Positions 1-14,741 are shown, counted from the first letter of the whole stretch. The stretch: 63,914 nucleotides of DNA, filler included, from Lenisia limosa (GCA_001655205.1; 12 parts of 12 records of this genome joined end to end with filler, not necessarily neighbours in it), one strand, 5' to 3'. The notes: generated by a model from the letters alone, not told the origin. Numbers and translations: made by a program.

Positions 1-745
1 CCGTCAACCCTTTGATACGCACTCACATTATGCTCCACAATCTTCACACAACCCGCGGGAGCCGCAAAGCAATATGGATAGAACCGGCATGGATGTGGAA
101 AGGGCCCGAGTTGAGCACTTCTCTCCGCCACAGGTTGGGAGGGTGTCTTGGTGATTAAAGCGAATCCTCGGGGAAATCATGGATTTGGGTTGAGATTTGG
201 AGTTTTTTTTTTTTTTTTTTTTTTTNNNNNNNNNNNNNNNNNNNNNNNNNNNNNNNNNNNNNNNNNNNNNNNNNNNNNNNNNNNNNNNNNNNNNNNNNNN
301 NNNNNNGACCTGCTAAAGGCTTCTAGGGTTTATCGATGCATGCAGTAGTGATAATAGGCTTTGACAGATTCAACTTTCTTCCAATACACTTTTATCCTTA
401 TTATTTCAGATTCCTGAATGGGTGAATAGTCAGCCTGATGGTAGGGGGGGTATTGCCATACTCATTCTTGAAATGCTATACCGGAAATCAGATCATTTTT
501 TACTCGTTTTATATCATGTGATATAACATAATTGCTGGGGAGACACACAGAAAGCTGTGTGCACAAGCTGTAAGGCAAATGATTGGCTGAATTAATATTT
601 ATTACTATAATCCAATATTTCTGGTGGACGGCTTCGGTATATTATAGTGAAGATCCCGATCCTTGTGTTTATTGGCTCAGCCTTCCGTCTAAGTGCAGCA
701 GTGAAGCACCCCCGGCTGACACCAAAACAACCAGTGTGGAGGTGA
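1..745 (+). CDS. 3' end of a spliced hypothetical gene
   Basis: Exon 1-131 is open (..DVERARVEHFSPPQ|gttggg). Exon ~410-440 (ag|IPEWVNSQPD G|gtaggg) splices in phase to ~648-745 (VKIPILVFIGSAFRLSAAVKHPRLTPKQPVWR*). No recognisable domain. Confidence 0.45.
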
Positions 746-878
746 TGGTCAAGAGTTATGGTATTGTATTTTATTTTAGGTAGTAGTTGTTTTACTCCTG
801 TATTATAGTTCATTATTTAATACATTTAATTTAAAATAGTTCCTTTTACCATACTAATATACAAGACCTACAGCTCGC

Positions 879-2448
879 TTATTTCTTCTCAAACACGACA
901 GTACACACAGTGGAGCCCTTGACGCCACCAAAACTGATGCAAGGATGTGGCAGACACTCACGAAGAACAAAGCCTGACTGTCAATAGGTAACGTCACACT
1001 CACCTGCCTGCGTGAACTCCTTGATGATTTCCTCTTCGGTCCAATTGCAAGAGGTGATAATGAATACTCCATCATCAGCCGTGAGCTCATACATCTGCGA
1101 CAGTTAATCATATCGGAGGGCGGCATCTATCGGACCTCCACTTACCACTGATTTGTATTTCAGTTTCATGGAATCGTCCCTGAGGCAAATAGCATCGTAA
1201 GTTCCCTTATCAGCAACTACCTGGGGGAGAGGGGTAAAATTGGAACAATTATACAACTATAAAGCCCAAAATCAACTCTGTTAGCTGACAAGTGAAACAA
1301 AGCCCAATAATAAATCTTCATACACAACGAGTTTGAAAAAAGTATAACAAAGCCCTATCACTTTTCCATCACCCAATCCTCTCACTTTTCCATCACCCAA
1401 TCCTATCACTTCTGTGGGGCAATACAATCACACCCGAAACCAACTTTGAAAGTGCCCTCAAGGGTGGTGTTGAAGATGTCATCTTTCTGAAAAAATAAAA
1501 TACCAAAAAGATACACTTCGGCTTCATTTTGTTCCTTTGAAAATCTCTGTAATTCCTCGCTACGATATTTTACCAGTCAATACACACTTTCCTGATAGGT
1601 TATACAATCTTGCTGACAAATTACTGGAGGCTAAATTCAAACTGTTATAAAAAACCTCTCCCCATAGAATTTAACAACAGGATATCAGTAACTCCCCTCG
1701 TACCACCCAGGTAACATTCACGTTGTTGTGTTCAGAAACTTGCTGACAGAGTGCAATGGATTCTTGGACATAGTCTGACCCAACAAGATTGACGTACTTA
1801 TTCTTTGCCTAGGCTGTCAAAAGGGACTTATTTATGTCTTAGCGTCCACCGAACAACAACTAGTATGTAGAAATGAAAAAGGGTTATTATCGATCATTCA
1901 TGCAATCATGCTATTTACCATACAACCCTCAATATACTCTTTTCTCCAAACCCTTAAACATACCAGAAGAACAGGGAAGGCACCTAAAAATGTTAAATAT
2001 TTAAAAGATGAACAAGAAAGTATGACATAGGGCCGGCCACGCACCATTTCCGGTCCCGACATCTAGAATGCGAGCAGTCTTGTCAGGGACGTTCTTCTTA
2101 ATCCAGTCGGTCATAATGATCATCGCTTTCCGCCCAAACCTAATATATCAACCAAATTTTGGGAAAACACTTGGTCATCTCAGTTCAATATCAACAGAGC
2201 AAGAAATCAGCAATTGAAAACCTATGTTTGCATTGACAAGTTAGTTACTGACATAGCCCACCAGATCTCTCCAACATCGCCATTGTCCTCAAAATTTGAA
2301 AGCTCTCGTTTATAACATGTCTCCCAGCTAAATGGTCAGTAATCGTCTTTGATAACAAAACTAGATTTTTATCTTACTATTCATGGGTTCCAAGTTTAGA
2401 AGGACCAAAGTCCCCTCCTTCGCTGTCTATGTCACTTCCTGACGACAT
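879..2448 (-). CDS. EEF1AKMT2: Protein-lysine N-methyltransferase EFM4/METTL10 (eEF1A methyltransferase), multi-exon, complete
   Basis: Spliced translation: MSSGSDIDSEGGDFGPSKLGTHEY|WETCYKRELSNFEDNGDVGEIW|FG..RILDVGTGNG..TYDAICL..|MYELTADDGVFIITSCNWTEEEIIKEF..|PCISFGGVKGSTVCTVVFEKK*. The LGT..YW, GEIWFG, DKGTxDAI, ITSCNWT and FGG.KG motifs are characteristic of this family. Confidence 0.92.
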
Positions 2449-2642
2449 ACCTATCTCTATGAGTGGAAAAGAGGGAGGGAAGGGAGAGGGAGCTTGAGAC
2501 AGGCGTGAACGCTCAACGAGGTTTATACTTTTGTTTTTTTCAAACAATCAAATAATCCAAAATCCAGCTCTAATAACGAATAAAGCTTTGAAATATTGTT
2601 ACTTAAATTTATAAGAAGAACAGCTGACTCGCTATAGTCGCT

Positions 2643-3840
2643 ATGCGTACTCCACCACAACCACTGGTTTGGTATTTTATCATTTTAGTCCCTATAACAG
2701 CATTTAGATGACACCTCGTCCGGAGGGAGCAGCAAAAGAGGACGAGAAGCTGGTTGGTTGTCAGTAAACTCTTTTCAACGTTACCTCCTAGCTCGATTTA
2801 GGAGCGAATACAGATGCTTCAGCTGAAAAAATGATTACCTCGGGAGGGCATGTTTTGCGGGACAGTCATGGCAAGGTCTGTCTCGAAATTTGGAACAACT
2901 TTGTCACCACTCATTGATCTATGGACAAACAGATATGGGAGGAATATGGCTGGAATAATGGATGAAATATTTATCGAAATGCCTTCTCATTGTTCCTATA
3001 TTTGAATGACTTATTTTTTATTTCTCATTGCTATATATATATGACTTTACGAATTATCAATGCTCTCACTTCGGGACAGTTGTTTGAACTCTGGTAACGT
3101 AAGGTAGTATTGACCAGATGTAGAATGCCCTTCATCGTTCATGTGAAGCTGGATACGATGTTATCGTGAAAAGGTGGGTTGCTCTGTTTGTTTGTTGTCA
3201 AAGAGTTTCAATGCCATCATTGTCATCACCCTGCAGATTGATAGCTGAACAAGGTGTGGATGTCAACTCAAGGTCTACAAGTGGCCGAACTCCCCTTCAC
3301 TATGCTGCTTTATGGTATGTTAGTGCCACTTTAGGTTATATTAGTCTTCATATTTTATAACAAGTATCCTCGAGCATGCAGTTTTATAACAGTGTGTGTG
3401 ACTAAAGTCATTCTTCTAGGGGGCAAACTGACTGTGTTGAGATTCTCCTGACTCACATAATGCTGGATGCCAGTCTTCAGGATTCTCATGGGGACTCTCC
3501 CCTGGTTAGTTGGGTTGACACTTTAGTGAATTGTTTTGTTAATCATCACAACACTGACAACGGCAGAGTTTAGCAGCCAAAGCAGGGCATGCTTCGGTGA
3601 CGTCACTGCTTGTGGACAGACTGAAGAAGGACAATGCTCGTGACTCGACTGCCTCTTCAGGAACAAAGTATGCCAGAAAATAGACATTTGCCGAGATTAA
3701 CATCATATATGGTATTGAAAAAAACAGTATGACGTGATGGGTGTATCTGTATTTCACCCCCCAGATTTGTGGAGGAGTCCTTTGTTATCAAGAAGAAGGA
3801 CGATGGAATCCAAGCGTCAACTTACTCAGCCTTCTCATAG
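2643..3840 (+). CDS. Small ankyrin-repeat protein, multi-exon
   Basis: Exons join in phase: ..RDSHGK|NALHRSCEAGYDVIVKR|LIAEQGVDVNSRSTSGRTPLHYAALW|GQTDCVEILL..QDSHGDSPL|SLAAKAGHASVTSLLV..|..STYSAFS* (TAG 3838-3840). Confidence 0.85.
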
Positions 3841-4388
3841 GTGTCTGAACAGCAGTTGTATATAGTAGTAATATGTGTATTTGTTTCATTTTTTTTTGTT
3901 TTTGTCATAAAGGTAGGTTATCCAATATCAATAGTATATTAGTTTTTGGCCCGACCCCATGACCCAATGGAGAAAAAAAAAGCGTGATTAAAAGTGTGAT
4001 ATTAGGCCTCAGACCCCATGAAGATATGTGCTATAATATTTATAATTTATTGTAAAATTTTGTTCTAACAAATATCCCATACAAATATTAGTATTTTCTA
4101 TGGGATTTTTTTTTAAATAATATGCATTCAAAACTTGTCTTTGTATTTTCGATATATAATTGTAACTATCATGAATTTCTGATAGTATAACAACTTTAAT
4201 CGGTAAGCTCTTCGTTACTGTACTTGGACATTAGAATATATATGATATGTAATATAAATATATATCCGCTGAACTCATGCCTCTTCGGTGTATGTATGCC
4301 CCTAAGGGTTGTTTTATAACGAGTAAAATGTCAAGAAAGAAAAATGCATAAACAAACGATAAATTAACTAAAGAAACAACCCTATATT

Positions 4389-7300
4389 CTATGTAGTTGG
4401 CGACCCTTGAACAGGGGTCTCATACACCTCGTCATCTTCGTCATCTTCCTCATTGTCACTCGACTCCTCTCCCAATATGGCCGCCTCCAAGTCGATCGGA
4501 GCCGGCGGATAAGACTCTGTTCGGCCCTCGGGGTCGGCCGTCACGTCAATGAGTTTGATGGGGTTCCGGTAGATGCCGATGACAACTCTAAACAATGTCT
4601 CCTCCAGAGCCAGGTTCTTCTCTGCACGCGCTAAATGGAGAGCCTGTTGAGGGGTGAGAAGAATCGTATTAGTATCGTCAAAACAAAGCTGGTGATGGGT
4701 TTCAAGAAAAAAAACACAAGAGTCTTGGAGACGCCCACTTGGATCATTCGAATGAGGCGGTCCGGCCATGGAAGGTTCTCGAACATGATGCGACTGCTGA
4801 TACCGCTGACGTACATCCGAAGGAACCGCCCAACGGCAAGCACAATTCCAAGATCTACGACATTAGTCCCTTCAAAAAATTGGGGTTTTCTTGTGCAAAA
4901 AAAAAGTGACTTTGACGCTGTAGCATTTGAAAGAGGGTCCGCTGGTCCGCCTACACAATCCAACGATTCCAGTGGCTCTGAGCGAGGCCGTGACGCCCGA
5001 AGAGATGTCGGACGTGACGGTGTAGAACGTCGGCTGCGTGTCGGGGAAAAGCGGCTTGTCAACTTGCAACGACAGCTTCCACACCCATGTCTGAAGGGTG
5101 GGGTGAAAAATGAACTGTTTTTTAAAATAAAATTCCAACAAAGAGAACAGAATGTTAAGGGTATTGATAATAAGACTATCTGAATACCATACAATAACTC
5201 GCAATACTCAGTGCAAGGAGAAAGCAAAAGAGCGTACCAGCGGAGAGTTGACATCAGGCTTAAGAACTGAAAGCTCCAAGGCAGGCCCAACAAGCTCAGG
5301 AATCGCCCTGTTTTGTTAGCTGCACAACAGAGTACTCTACCAATACTCACAACATGTTCGTTTCAAGCTCACAAGATGGTGTTTGCATGAGACAGTCGAA
5401 GAGCGCTTGGGACGACGGTGGGTAGAGTGACTTTGACCCCAGGGTCCACTAGGGGGGACTCCAGCAGCCCCTTGATCTGCAGCGCCACTTCCGTAGTCAT
5501 TTTCTACATTATCAGGTGAGCAACCGCAGCTACCCCCCCCATACGGCATTGAAGCTCTGGTCTAAGAATTGCGAGTCAGTGGGTCCGATTCGCTTGATGC
5601 TGAGCGTGGAACTAACTTCAGGCTGGTGGAGTGAGAGAAGGCCTGGTTTTATCCTTGGACAACGGAGAGTTGCATTCCGCTCACCGATGTTGAGGTTCCG
5701 AGGTAGGCAATCAGAGAGTCTTTACTGGACACTGAGGCTCCCCAAGTACTTGGCGATGTCACCGGACTTTCAACAACTACAAACATTGGTGGAGTGGATG
5801 CTGGGCAGTATGTAGTATTGATGATTTTTGTAACATGGTTTACATTGGAAGACTGTATCATAAGATATCCCATAAAAAGAGCATACCTTGTACGTGATCA
5901 GCGTCGAACGACGTCACAGCTTGCTCAACGTATAAGGCCTGGAACTGCTGGGGGGTCGCGTATGTTGTTTCATCCTTGAGCGTTAGCTTATGTAAAAAGA
6001 CAAGTAATGAGTATGTAAACTCGGAATCGTCACCATGCTCCTATTCTTTTGTCTTTTGGAGAATACGAAAAGAACAAGCACCGATTGCTCACCAGAATCA
6101 TATTATTGAGAGTGTAGAGTGCAGGGTATCCCGTTACGCCAAGACTGATGGAAACTGACGGGTCAAAAAGGATAAATGTGATGGTTTCGGCATTTGGAAT
6201 GTCCCATAAAGAATCGGACGGTGAAGTATCAAAAGTGACCACGTAGGCAAAACCTTCATGCCAGATCAAGAATGAGAAACTCACATTGCGTGGCGTAGTT
6301 TGGCGTGGTGTCCATGCCAGAGCTGGACGCGAGAAGCAGGGGGAACCAAACAATGAGACACAGAAGAAGGAAGACGACTATGCCTTCAAGGAGCTTAACA
6401 GAGAGGAACTGCTTTTCACCGTATTTGCGTCCTTGGACCTAAATCGAGTCAACCTGGTCGAAGCCATTAAGAAACGTACGATCAGGGCTTCAAGTGTGCA
6501 CTTCCGGAGGAACAGTCCGGCGTAGAGGTCCTCAATCTGAGACAGTCACGAGGGAAGTGCTTGTTTGAGAGCGAGATAATCAAATCAAGTGGTAAGAAAC
6601 AATATATAGACGCAGAGTCCAAAGGGACGTACGGTGAGCCAGTGGTAGAAGACGAGCGTGGTGCCGGTACAGATCCAATCAAGGATAACGCGAAGTTCGA
6701 AGAGGAAGGGGATGGCACTGACGCAGTCAGAAATGGGAAATATTGTCTTCACTCAAAATAAATATGCCATGAGTATCGGAAATCATACAGGTCTAGTTTT
6801 GGACTGTAGGGAATGCCAGTTGTCTGACTCCCATTTATTAGATAAACCAATTCCGCAAACCGATACACAGTGAAAGCCAGCTTGTAGAAGAGGGAATAGC
6901 CCTTTGTCAAAGCGTTACCCAGAACAACCTGCGTGGTGAGCTGTGAAGTAGTGGGGATATGTAGACTGAGGCTGAAGGGGCTATTTGCAGCCTGGAGCGA
7001 CGCTTACCTCAGGGAAACCGTTGTACATTTGTCGAGCAGAAAGCATCCAATAGACCAACTACACTATGAGGCGAGAACAATAGAGCTTGTGTCGGGTAAT
7101 TGAGCCTGGCAAACCTTAATGAGGTAGAGGTATATGAGGGCTCTGTTCTCGTCAAATGGGCGTTCAGCAGCTAAAGAGTCAATAGTCATATCACTCTTTT
7201 GTCATTCGCTACTATTGTACTAAGTACTACGATGCATCTGATATACATGTACATGTAACAGTAGTGGCTACTCACCGATGGGGAAGGAGATGAAGAGGAA

Positions 7301-10300
7301 GTAGTGGAAAACAATGACCGTGAAGAGCTGAAGCATGGCTTTGCCGAAGATGGATCGAGTCAGATACACCGAACGGTCCAAACAGATCAAGGTGAACTAG
7401 AGCGTCAATGTCGACAACGGGATAAGACCGTGATTGTGTGATTGTAATGGAATGAATGAGATGGCCATGTTGAGGCTCACAGAGAAGACAAGGTAGTATA
7501 CGAAGCGCCATGGTAGAACGTTTTCAGCCGCCAGTTCACCCAAGTCCTCTCCACTTCCAGCAAATATCTAAAGTGGGTCACTTCCTGGGTGTACAAATGA
7601 TTAAAAACTGCAAAGCCTGAACTATTGAAAATGGACACCAAACTGCCCACGCTTTGATAGGCGAAGATGAAGTACACGAAGGCCACAAACTCGACCATGA
7701 AGATGTAGATGTAATAGTCCGAGCCCATGCGACGAGGGTCTTCGGTCACTGAAACAATTAGCCACAGACAGAATAGACCCCACACACACACAAACACTTT
7801 ACACTGAATAATCTCGTGATTATAGTGAGGGTCCACCACCAACCGATGGCCTTGAGCTCCTCAATGAAGGCGTTGGGCTTCTTGTTTGTTGGGACGTCAG
7901 CCGACTTCTTCTTCGGCACAGCAGTAGCCGTGTAGTCCAGCGGCTGCGGAATTAAAACGGACCAGAACCCCCCCCTCCCCCACCACACACACACACTGTT
8001 CAATCATCTACTCTCAATACGTATTGAAATAACCAGTCATTACTACCCCNNNNNNNNNNNNNNNNNNNNNNNNNNNNNNNNNNNNNNNNNNNNNNNNNNN
8101 NNNNNNNNNNNNNNNNNNNNNNNNNNNNNNNNAGTGTACATCAGGGCAAACCTGAGAACGAGGAGACGGCTCTTCTTCAGGCTCCTCCGTTGACAGCTCC
8201 ATGAGTTCTTTTGACCTTTTGCGTGAAAAGTGCGGAATAGGAACGAGAATCAATGTTAGTCGGCCACCCACTAACCTCCCATCCCCCTCCCACTCAATTT
8301 TGCAAGGTTGCCTTGGTGAGTCAACTGAAGCGTTAAAGTGCCGAGACAACCATCACAAAAAACCCCCCATTTGTAAAATGTAAGTTTACCCTCCCCAGTC
8401 GCCATACGTCTAAAGAGACTGTGTGATTTATTTGGCCCAGCCGAGGGCGTGGCTGCCAGGAGGTTTCGTGGAGTCCAAAGACCAACAGTCTGAGTTGGTG
8501 AGTGGGGTGCGAATAAGATTGAGTGGAGGAAAGGGGCGGAATAGCAGCGGCCTACCAGGGCGTATTTGCGGTAGACAAGGACGGCGAAGAACACCAAAAG
8601 GTCGCCAAGAATACGCCAAATGAACCATCCCTCCTCCTTGCGAAGTCCGAGCATTGTCCTTGAATATCATAACGGCTGAATTCAATATCACACTTCTATA
8701 TTGAGCAATACACCAATTATACACCCTCATCAGAAAACCCGGGTACCAGAAGTCGAGACCCGGGACCTTGATGTTCTGCGTTCCGCAGAGGGCTTCGCTG
8801 AATCATGAGAAAAGCCTGGTGCCAAGGACCATGCCAGCGTTACATACTCAGTGCAATGAGGCTGGAACCGAAGCTCATCGCCGCTGCCAGACATGTGACA
8901 CACGCACACCACTGGAAACTGGAAGGCGTACTTGACAATGATAATGGCCTACAAGGGTCAGGACGGTACCTATAAACACTGCATTCCTCGGTTAGAGCTA
9001 TATATTAGATAAATATGATAGAGGGAAATGAGAAATGAAACTAGTTTCTTGCCGAAGTCGTCCACATCATCATCCGTATACGATATGATTAAAATTAGAT
9101 AGAATACAATGATGAAGTATATATTACTTCAGTCAAAGACCCGACTTAGCATTACACCCAACAGACAATGGAATAGAACAGAATTGCGAGCCAGTAAGGT
9201 CGGTAAGGCCTTGGGTACTTGACAAGACCCCAAGTCAGGGCAATGAGAGGATACACCAAGGACAGCATGGAGTAATCGATGACGTGAGCAGCCAGGAGGC
9301 AAAAATGAGCCAAAATGACTGCGCGTCTCTCAATCATGCCAATAATGCCGTACCAGATCAGAAGCAGTCTGTACGTGAGAAACAAGGTGAAACAGTTTTG
9401 TTTCTGCGAGTTCAAAATATTGTTTCCACAACTATCCGCAAGGCTTACCTAACCAAGATGGCCTTCCTGAAGTCGGAGTAGTCCGTGCCGCCGACCATGA
9501 CCGTCACGGCAGCGCGCCATCCCCACGTGTCTGCTCCACTGTATTCTTCTGCCTCCTCACGGGCTGACCCCTCAACGACAAGGCGTGAAACTGGCGCTGG
9601 TCAGCAGCGGCGACAGGGTTGAAAGTAATAAACGAAGTCGTTTGGCCAATATTGTACGAAAACCGAATCATTATTCCCTTCTGTCCCTATTTCATTGCGA
9701 AATATAATAGTAAAGAATCCACCATCCCACTCCTACCAGCTGTGTCAATTATGTCGGAACGATAGGGGTCACGTGGGGTATCCTGTAAAGGTGGTAAGGG
9801 GAATATAGCAATATTATACCATCATGGGGTGAAGTGAAAAATCATGGGGTTACGAGGGATGCTCACCATCGCAGAGTCGTTGATGGTGACGGGCCTCAGC
9901 ATTTGCGTTGTTTCCGTAAACTACCAGGTCAGAGCCCAACAATGCCCACACAACTCTCAAACAATCCACCCACTCTTGGAGAATCAGCTGGCATGTTGAA
10001 GAGTGTAGCTTCAGTGTCAACATCCAAATCCTGCCGCCAATTAGATGGGGAACAATTGAGACAGTTGCAAGATCCAGAAACAGAATAAAGCAGAGAACAT
10101 GAAGGCAGGAGAGCATCTTGACATTCAAGAGAGGATAGTTTACCTGAAGGTGCTCCGGGGGTGGAGGGCATTTATCAGGGAGCTTCAGCTCGCGTTGTGA
10201 GACTTTCCTGGAAGGAGTCAAGATTGTTGTCATGTACATATATGATATGTGGACATTATATATGATATAGTATTATTATAATATATATATACTATACTCT

Positions 10301-13300
10301 TTACATGCAACGCAATGCAATGTAATAATATGATTATACATGTATGTTTAGAGCCATGAAAGCTATCATGGCTCTAAACATAGAGCATATGAGAAGTAGC
10401 GTAGAGAGGCAACGCAGACCTCATGATCGCTACCAAAAAGTCCAGTGCGGAGAGGATGAACGGTGCTTCCTCCTTCTTTTCTTTCTCCTCGTCGACAACA
10501 ACAATATCGCTGACATCCTAGAACGAAATGGGAAATATGTGAATAATGCAAGATGGTAGAAGGAGAATTTTTCTAAACAAATTTCCTAGAAGCATTCATA
10601 ATGGGACCATCATTACCTCATCCTTGTCGTCTTGCTTCGGTGCATCACTAAAAAAGTCAATTCAATGTACCCTTGGCAATACTAAGTATAAAAAAACGTT
10701 CCCATCTTACGAAGGAACAGGGGTCGAGACTTGGGCATCCGTTCTAAGGGGGTGAGAAAAGGCAACATAAAAGGCCAACGTCAAGTCAGTATACCATAGT
10801 ATGAATAATCCAACATACACCATGACAGGAATACTGCTCGAAGAAATGGTGGCTTTGGACTTGGCTCGTTTCAAGGCCTTCTTTTCCTCCTTTGCTTCCT
10901 TCTTCGCTTGTGTCTCCTCTAACTTCTGCTTCTTTTTCTCTTCTTTCTCTTGCTTCTTCTTTTCCTTCTTTTCCTTCTTCTTTTCCTCCTTCTCAAGCTT
11001 CTTCTTTTCCTTCTTTTCATCCTCCTCCTTCTTTTCCTCTTCACGCTTACGGGAAGCCTATAAGATAAAACGCAAGTTGGAACGGTTGGGAGAGCGATAA
11101 CTGCAATAATAAGCGTTTGATCAAAGCGAACCTCCATAGATGCGGCTTCTGAGCTTCCAAGAGGGGGCAGGTTGTCCATTTCCTGCCATGAGGATTGTGT
11201 GGACTGTCGCGCGAGCTGAAGCAGAAGAATCTTTGCCGCCTGCTGTTTCTCTTTCTCAATCTGAACGGTCACAGTTAGCTAAGAACGCCATACCTCCAGC
11301 TCCTTCTGGCGGATCAAAAGGGCCTCTTCTTCTTGGCGCAACTGACGTGCTTCCGCTCCAGCCTTCAACGTCAGAGGGGTTGGAAGGCTTATGGAAAGAC
11401 GCATTCCTCGATACACCTTCGAATAGCGATATTATGCAAATATTTTCCGGACCCTATCCCGACCTGGTTGAAGACCACAAACTCCATGGCGACTCCGTAG
11501 AGAATGGAGGAAATGATACGGGCTAGGAGCGTAAGACGAATGCGCTGATTGGAGGAATGAATAAGAGCAGCTTGTCCGAAGCCCCCAAACATTGGAAAAT
11601 GATGATAGCGGCGATGATGATGTCGCCAACCGCGTCTTTGAGGGAAGACCCATCTGTGGATCCTGCTTCCATGTCTCTAAAACGTCAACCCTGCCTATTC
11701 TTGTTCAATACACCCCCCACCCCTAACTTGATACCCAGAATTGCTCGCCATGTCCACTCAGCAGAACCTGTCTCAAGAACAGGAATAGACGCAAACGCTG
11801 CAATGCTTTAGAAAGATGGACCAATGGCACTCATAGCAGGTTTACTGCGGTCAGCAAAGCTGGTTATATCAATCTGTATTTGATGGTCATGGCCTCCACA
11901 AACCCTGAAGGGCAAGGACCAAGTAGTTGTAGATTCGGATGTAGCGCCAATTGGCCCGACTTCTCTCGGCAGTATCGCTCTTAAGACTCCACATGACAAG
12001 GAGAACATAGCCTATCGCAATCAAATGGATACAGGATACAGTATCTGGAAAATTGAACAATTAATAAACTGGTGGTATTAGCTCGAAGCTCTCCACTCCA
12101 CACCAATACGGGAAAGCACAACAAATGGAATGTTTTGATGGCCTTCACATACCAAGACTGAAGAGGTCGAATTGGGCTGAAGCTGCAAGGAACACTAAGA
12201 TCAGAGAGATCAGATTGGCTTGACGGAGGGAAATTACCTAGAAGGTCAAAGCCATAGGTAGGACGAAAGATTACATACAACCATGAAACTACAATTGATG
12301 TAACTATTTTTGTTTTTATTGTATCCCATTGAAGCTTTTGTATTACTGGGTTTTATTCAAAATAGCTTCTTAGAAGCTTACCTGGAGTTTCCTCCAACCC
12401 GACCTCGCCACCAGCGCAGGAGACATGACACACACTGTGCCTAAACAGTCAGTGCCAACAAGCGCAGCGTAAGCTACACCTCCTCTATTTTAAACTCTAC
12501 AAATACAAAACCCTGAACTTGCACAAAGCCACAAACCGTTAATACCGCCGCCGATGGCAGCTGTGCTCTGCGGCTTGGCCTCGCTCCTAAATGGTCAAGT
12601 GTGGGTCAATCCAGTGCATCACTTCTGTTCCATAAGCGAGTTTCTCAATACTTCCTCGACTATTGTACAGACCAAACCTACGTTCCAGGGACACTCGGGA
12701 GTGGTGTCACTTTGAATTCCTTTGCCGCCGTCCTGGAGGATTACGATCAAAAGAGCAGTTGACAACTTGGTGTACTTGTTTCAATCAAAGAGTGGTGGCC
12801 TACGTGATTGCAGCTGGAGCTGGCGTGGACTGGCCAAAGGGACTTCTGGTCAACGGAGTGTTTGTAACCTGTCAGGTGAGACAAAGGTAGCGTTGCCAAT
12901 ACGGGCTGCATATCAAAATCTATGTCTTGTGTCGACTGTATCATCATCGATTCTGTATTCCGTACCGGAGGGGGGCCGATCAACCGAAGAAGGTCGCCGG
13001 ACCAGATGTTATGGATAAGTCTGAGAGGTCAAATGCTTGGATGAAAATGACACACTCATTGCCTTAACTATCAATCATTAATATCATTTTCATAGAGCGG
13101 CAATGGCCCACTTTCTTCTTTTGATAGCATGCAGCTCTGCGAAACAGCACAAAACGGCGATACCATTGAACAGGAAGATTTGGGCGTCGGTTTGGTCCTA
13201 AGGGGTCAGCCAAGTCACTGAATTAAAAAGTGTTATTTATACCATATCATATGGTACTTTATTGATTTATGATTGTTATTTTTTATTTTTTTTTACAAGT

Positions 13301-14470
13301 GAGAAGGCCCTACTAAGCCGAAATAGGCACGCCATTTTGAGGGTAGGTCGTCAGACTTGTTCAAGTCATCTTCGTCATTGGGTGGGAATCCTTCATCGTG
13401 ATATAAAAACATAGGGAAGAAAGGGAGACTGAACATCTCCATAAATCCTCATGTTTATGGTGTAAACCACATAGCGACATACCCAGTGTGAAAGCGTAGA
13501 CAATGAGAAGGGGGACTACAGAGGCTGCCAAAACAAACACCCAACCCTGGAGAGGTGAGAGGCGCCATACATGGAGCAGCCCACCTTGACCCTATTCCTC
13601 GACACTAACGAAGCGATTCCCGCCGCCATGACGTAAGACACTGAGAAGATGGACATGTGCGCGAAGGCGGCCACAAGCTGTGCTGTGAGCAGAAAAAAGT
13701 TGAAACTATGAGATAATCCATAAGAATCTCGGTGGTTGTTCGTTTTCCGACAGTCAACTTACCAGGGACACAATGGCAGTTTCTCGACCAAGGCGGACCC
13801 AGTAGCCGTTCAGTGCACGCTGCAACGTCCACCACATCACCTGAGTTGTCAGCAAGGGGGAAAGGCAACACAAAACAGCGCTGAAGCCAACCTTCAAAGT
13901 TTCATCTGCGTGTGGGACCCCGGCTATTGTGTGAAGGAATATGGGGGTCTGAGAGGTGAGAAAGACAAGTACGAGAGAACGCAACATAGGAAAAAAGAAC
14001 TTGAGCATACCTCGCGGGTGCGCCTTGACGCCACAAGTTCCACCCAGAGACTTCTCTGCTCTGTTCGCCTCCATCGGGCTAGTTCAACCGTGCCCTGAAA
14101 GAGTAAGGCATTTCTGATGTAGGCAATGAAATGCAATCACTGCTTTCATAACAAAGCAAAGCTTTTGCCGAGACCCCCAGACTTCATTGATGCCCTCAGG
14201 CACCACGGTGGTTGCAGGGGTCGCTGGCCTGTCTTCGGGTGGAGCAATCTGCAGCCGGGCCGGGATGGCTGAGGCAACCTTGTCGGACTGGACGTAAAAC
14301 AACGTGGAACATCGTGTGATTACCTCGGCAGCCTTTGAATTTTGCTGGGCAACAGCGTGCTCGTTGACTGGAGTGGCCATGCCAGACATTGGGAACAGAT
14401 ACCCGGGGGGACGCACGGGTTGGGTCACACTAAGGAACACCCATTGCTACACTGTCATTGCCGGCCGCTA
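4389..14470 (-). CDS. PIEZO: Piezo-type mechanosensitive ion channel, C-terminal portion (5' part lost at the 14497-14596 spacer)
   Basis: Exon peptides match Piezo hallmarks: GIVLAVGRFLRMYVSGISSRIMFENLPWPDRLIRMIQ; LHLARAEKNLALEETLFRVVIGIYRNP; WFPLLLAS; IEDLYAGLFLRKC; PFLFELRVILDWICTGTTL; YWMLSARQMYNGFP; DRSVYLTRSIFGKAMLQL; SMLSLVYPLIALTWGLVKYPRPYRPYW. Confidence 0.92.
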
Positions 14471-14496
14471 TTTGGCATTTCAAGTTTTGCTAAAAA

Positions 14497-14596
14497 NNNN
14501 NNNNNNNNNNNNNNNNNNNNNNNNNNNNNNNNNNNNNNNNTTAATTAATTAANNNNNNNNNNNNNNNNNNNNNNNNNNNNNNNNNNNNNNNNNNNN
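14497..14596. other. Artificial contig-joining spacer (44 N + TTAATTAATTAA + 44 N); 11 in window
   Basis: The same 12-mer (stops in all six frames) sits inside N runs at 14541, 28744, 35236, 37076, 39392, 41681, 46682, 54395, 58394, 60473 and 62587. Confidence 0.97.
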
Positions 14597-14741
14597 TATT
14601 TTCTATTTTCAATTCTTTTCACAATAAACTTGTTAATGATTGCTGTTGCTTGTTTTTTGTTTTGGAGTTTCAGAGTAGTCGGTTCTTCCTTTCCACCAAT
14701 ATTTTCCATTGAAACACTCGTCGCTTGACCGCCTCCCCCAG

